Shown here: positions 39,573-39,793 of the stretch, one piece after another
Numbering within the stretch: the first letter of the stretch is position 1
Layout: each line of letters begins with the position of its first letter
Source of the DNA: a bacterium
GTDB taxonomy: Bacteria; Hinthialibacterota; Hinthialibacteria; Hinthialibacterales; Hinthialibacteraceae
Assembly (NCBI GenBank): GCA_963663405.2
Contig: CAXXSM010000108.1
Span: 1 to 39,793 of the forward strand
Direction: 5' to 3'
DNA length: 39,793 nt
The notes under the pieces: model-generated
What the model was told of the DNA's origin: nothing
The model's database searches: none
The model's input: only the letters and a program-made list of their open reading frames with translations
Made by a program: the position numbers and the translations under genes

Positions 39573-39719
39573 TTATTGCATTTCAATCCCAACAGGCAGA
39601 TAACTGAATAATACGATCAATAAAAACCACGTGATCAGAGAAATGCCCCAAAGGTAATACGTCAGATCAACGCGCCGTCCCTGGTTCCCCGCGGCGGATT
39701 GGTTGGTGTTTTTTTCCAT
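39573..39719 (-). CDS. Small single-TM protein (48 aa), below the ORF-track cutoff
   Basis: A GGAGA SD precedes MEKNTNQSAAGNQGRRVDLTYYLWGISLITWFLLIVLFSYLPVGIEMQ*, which ends 48 nt before fliF. Confidence 0.55.
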   Translation of the reverse strand: MEKNTNQSAAGNQGRRVDLTYYLWGISLITWFLLIVLFSYLPVGIEMQ

Positions 39720-39793
39720 GATGTTCTCCAGTTTTTCAGTAACGCGCCCTTACAATCGAAGGGAGCCGGATCGATTCTCGCGTTCCATCTTTT

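Overview
A 39.8-kb chromosomal window from a bacterium. The style of the prepilin-type gene and a secreted protein ending in ...VSVSNWFLF recall Candidatus Hinthialibacterota/OLB16-like genomes, but that is recollection and unverified. Most genes are housekeeping or metabolic: partial rsmB, a PASTA protein, nth, uvrB, a B12 radical SAM enzyme, RluA and SAM methyltransferases, divergent P-II/amtB, an orphan DsrMK/HdrED-like pair, an amidohydrolase, argS, three Gfo/Idh/MocA oxidoreductases and a GT4 glycosyltransferase. The main unusual feature is a rearranged flagellar export cluster: small TM ORF - fliF - nucleoside 2-deoxyribosyltransferase-family gene - repeat element - fliH - fliI - fused fliJ::YlxF/FlbB-like. 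The usual fliG slot holds a palindrome-bounded element with 115 exact heptamers (CCTTCAA x60, CCTTCAG x55) in aperiodic binary order. Other points of interest are a receiver domain fused to a HEPN-like (RNxxxH) module, a pentapeptide-TIR protein, a ~1,940-codon GT39/DUF2298(YYY)/NHL gene next to a pilin-like gene, a candidate ~175-nt sRNA and two families of dispersed palindromic repeats. Five apparent frameshifts (four in the giant gene, one in fliF), mostly at homopolymers, probably reflect sequencing errors. No tRNA, rRNA, CRISPR array or transposase was seen.
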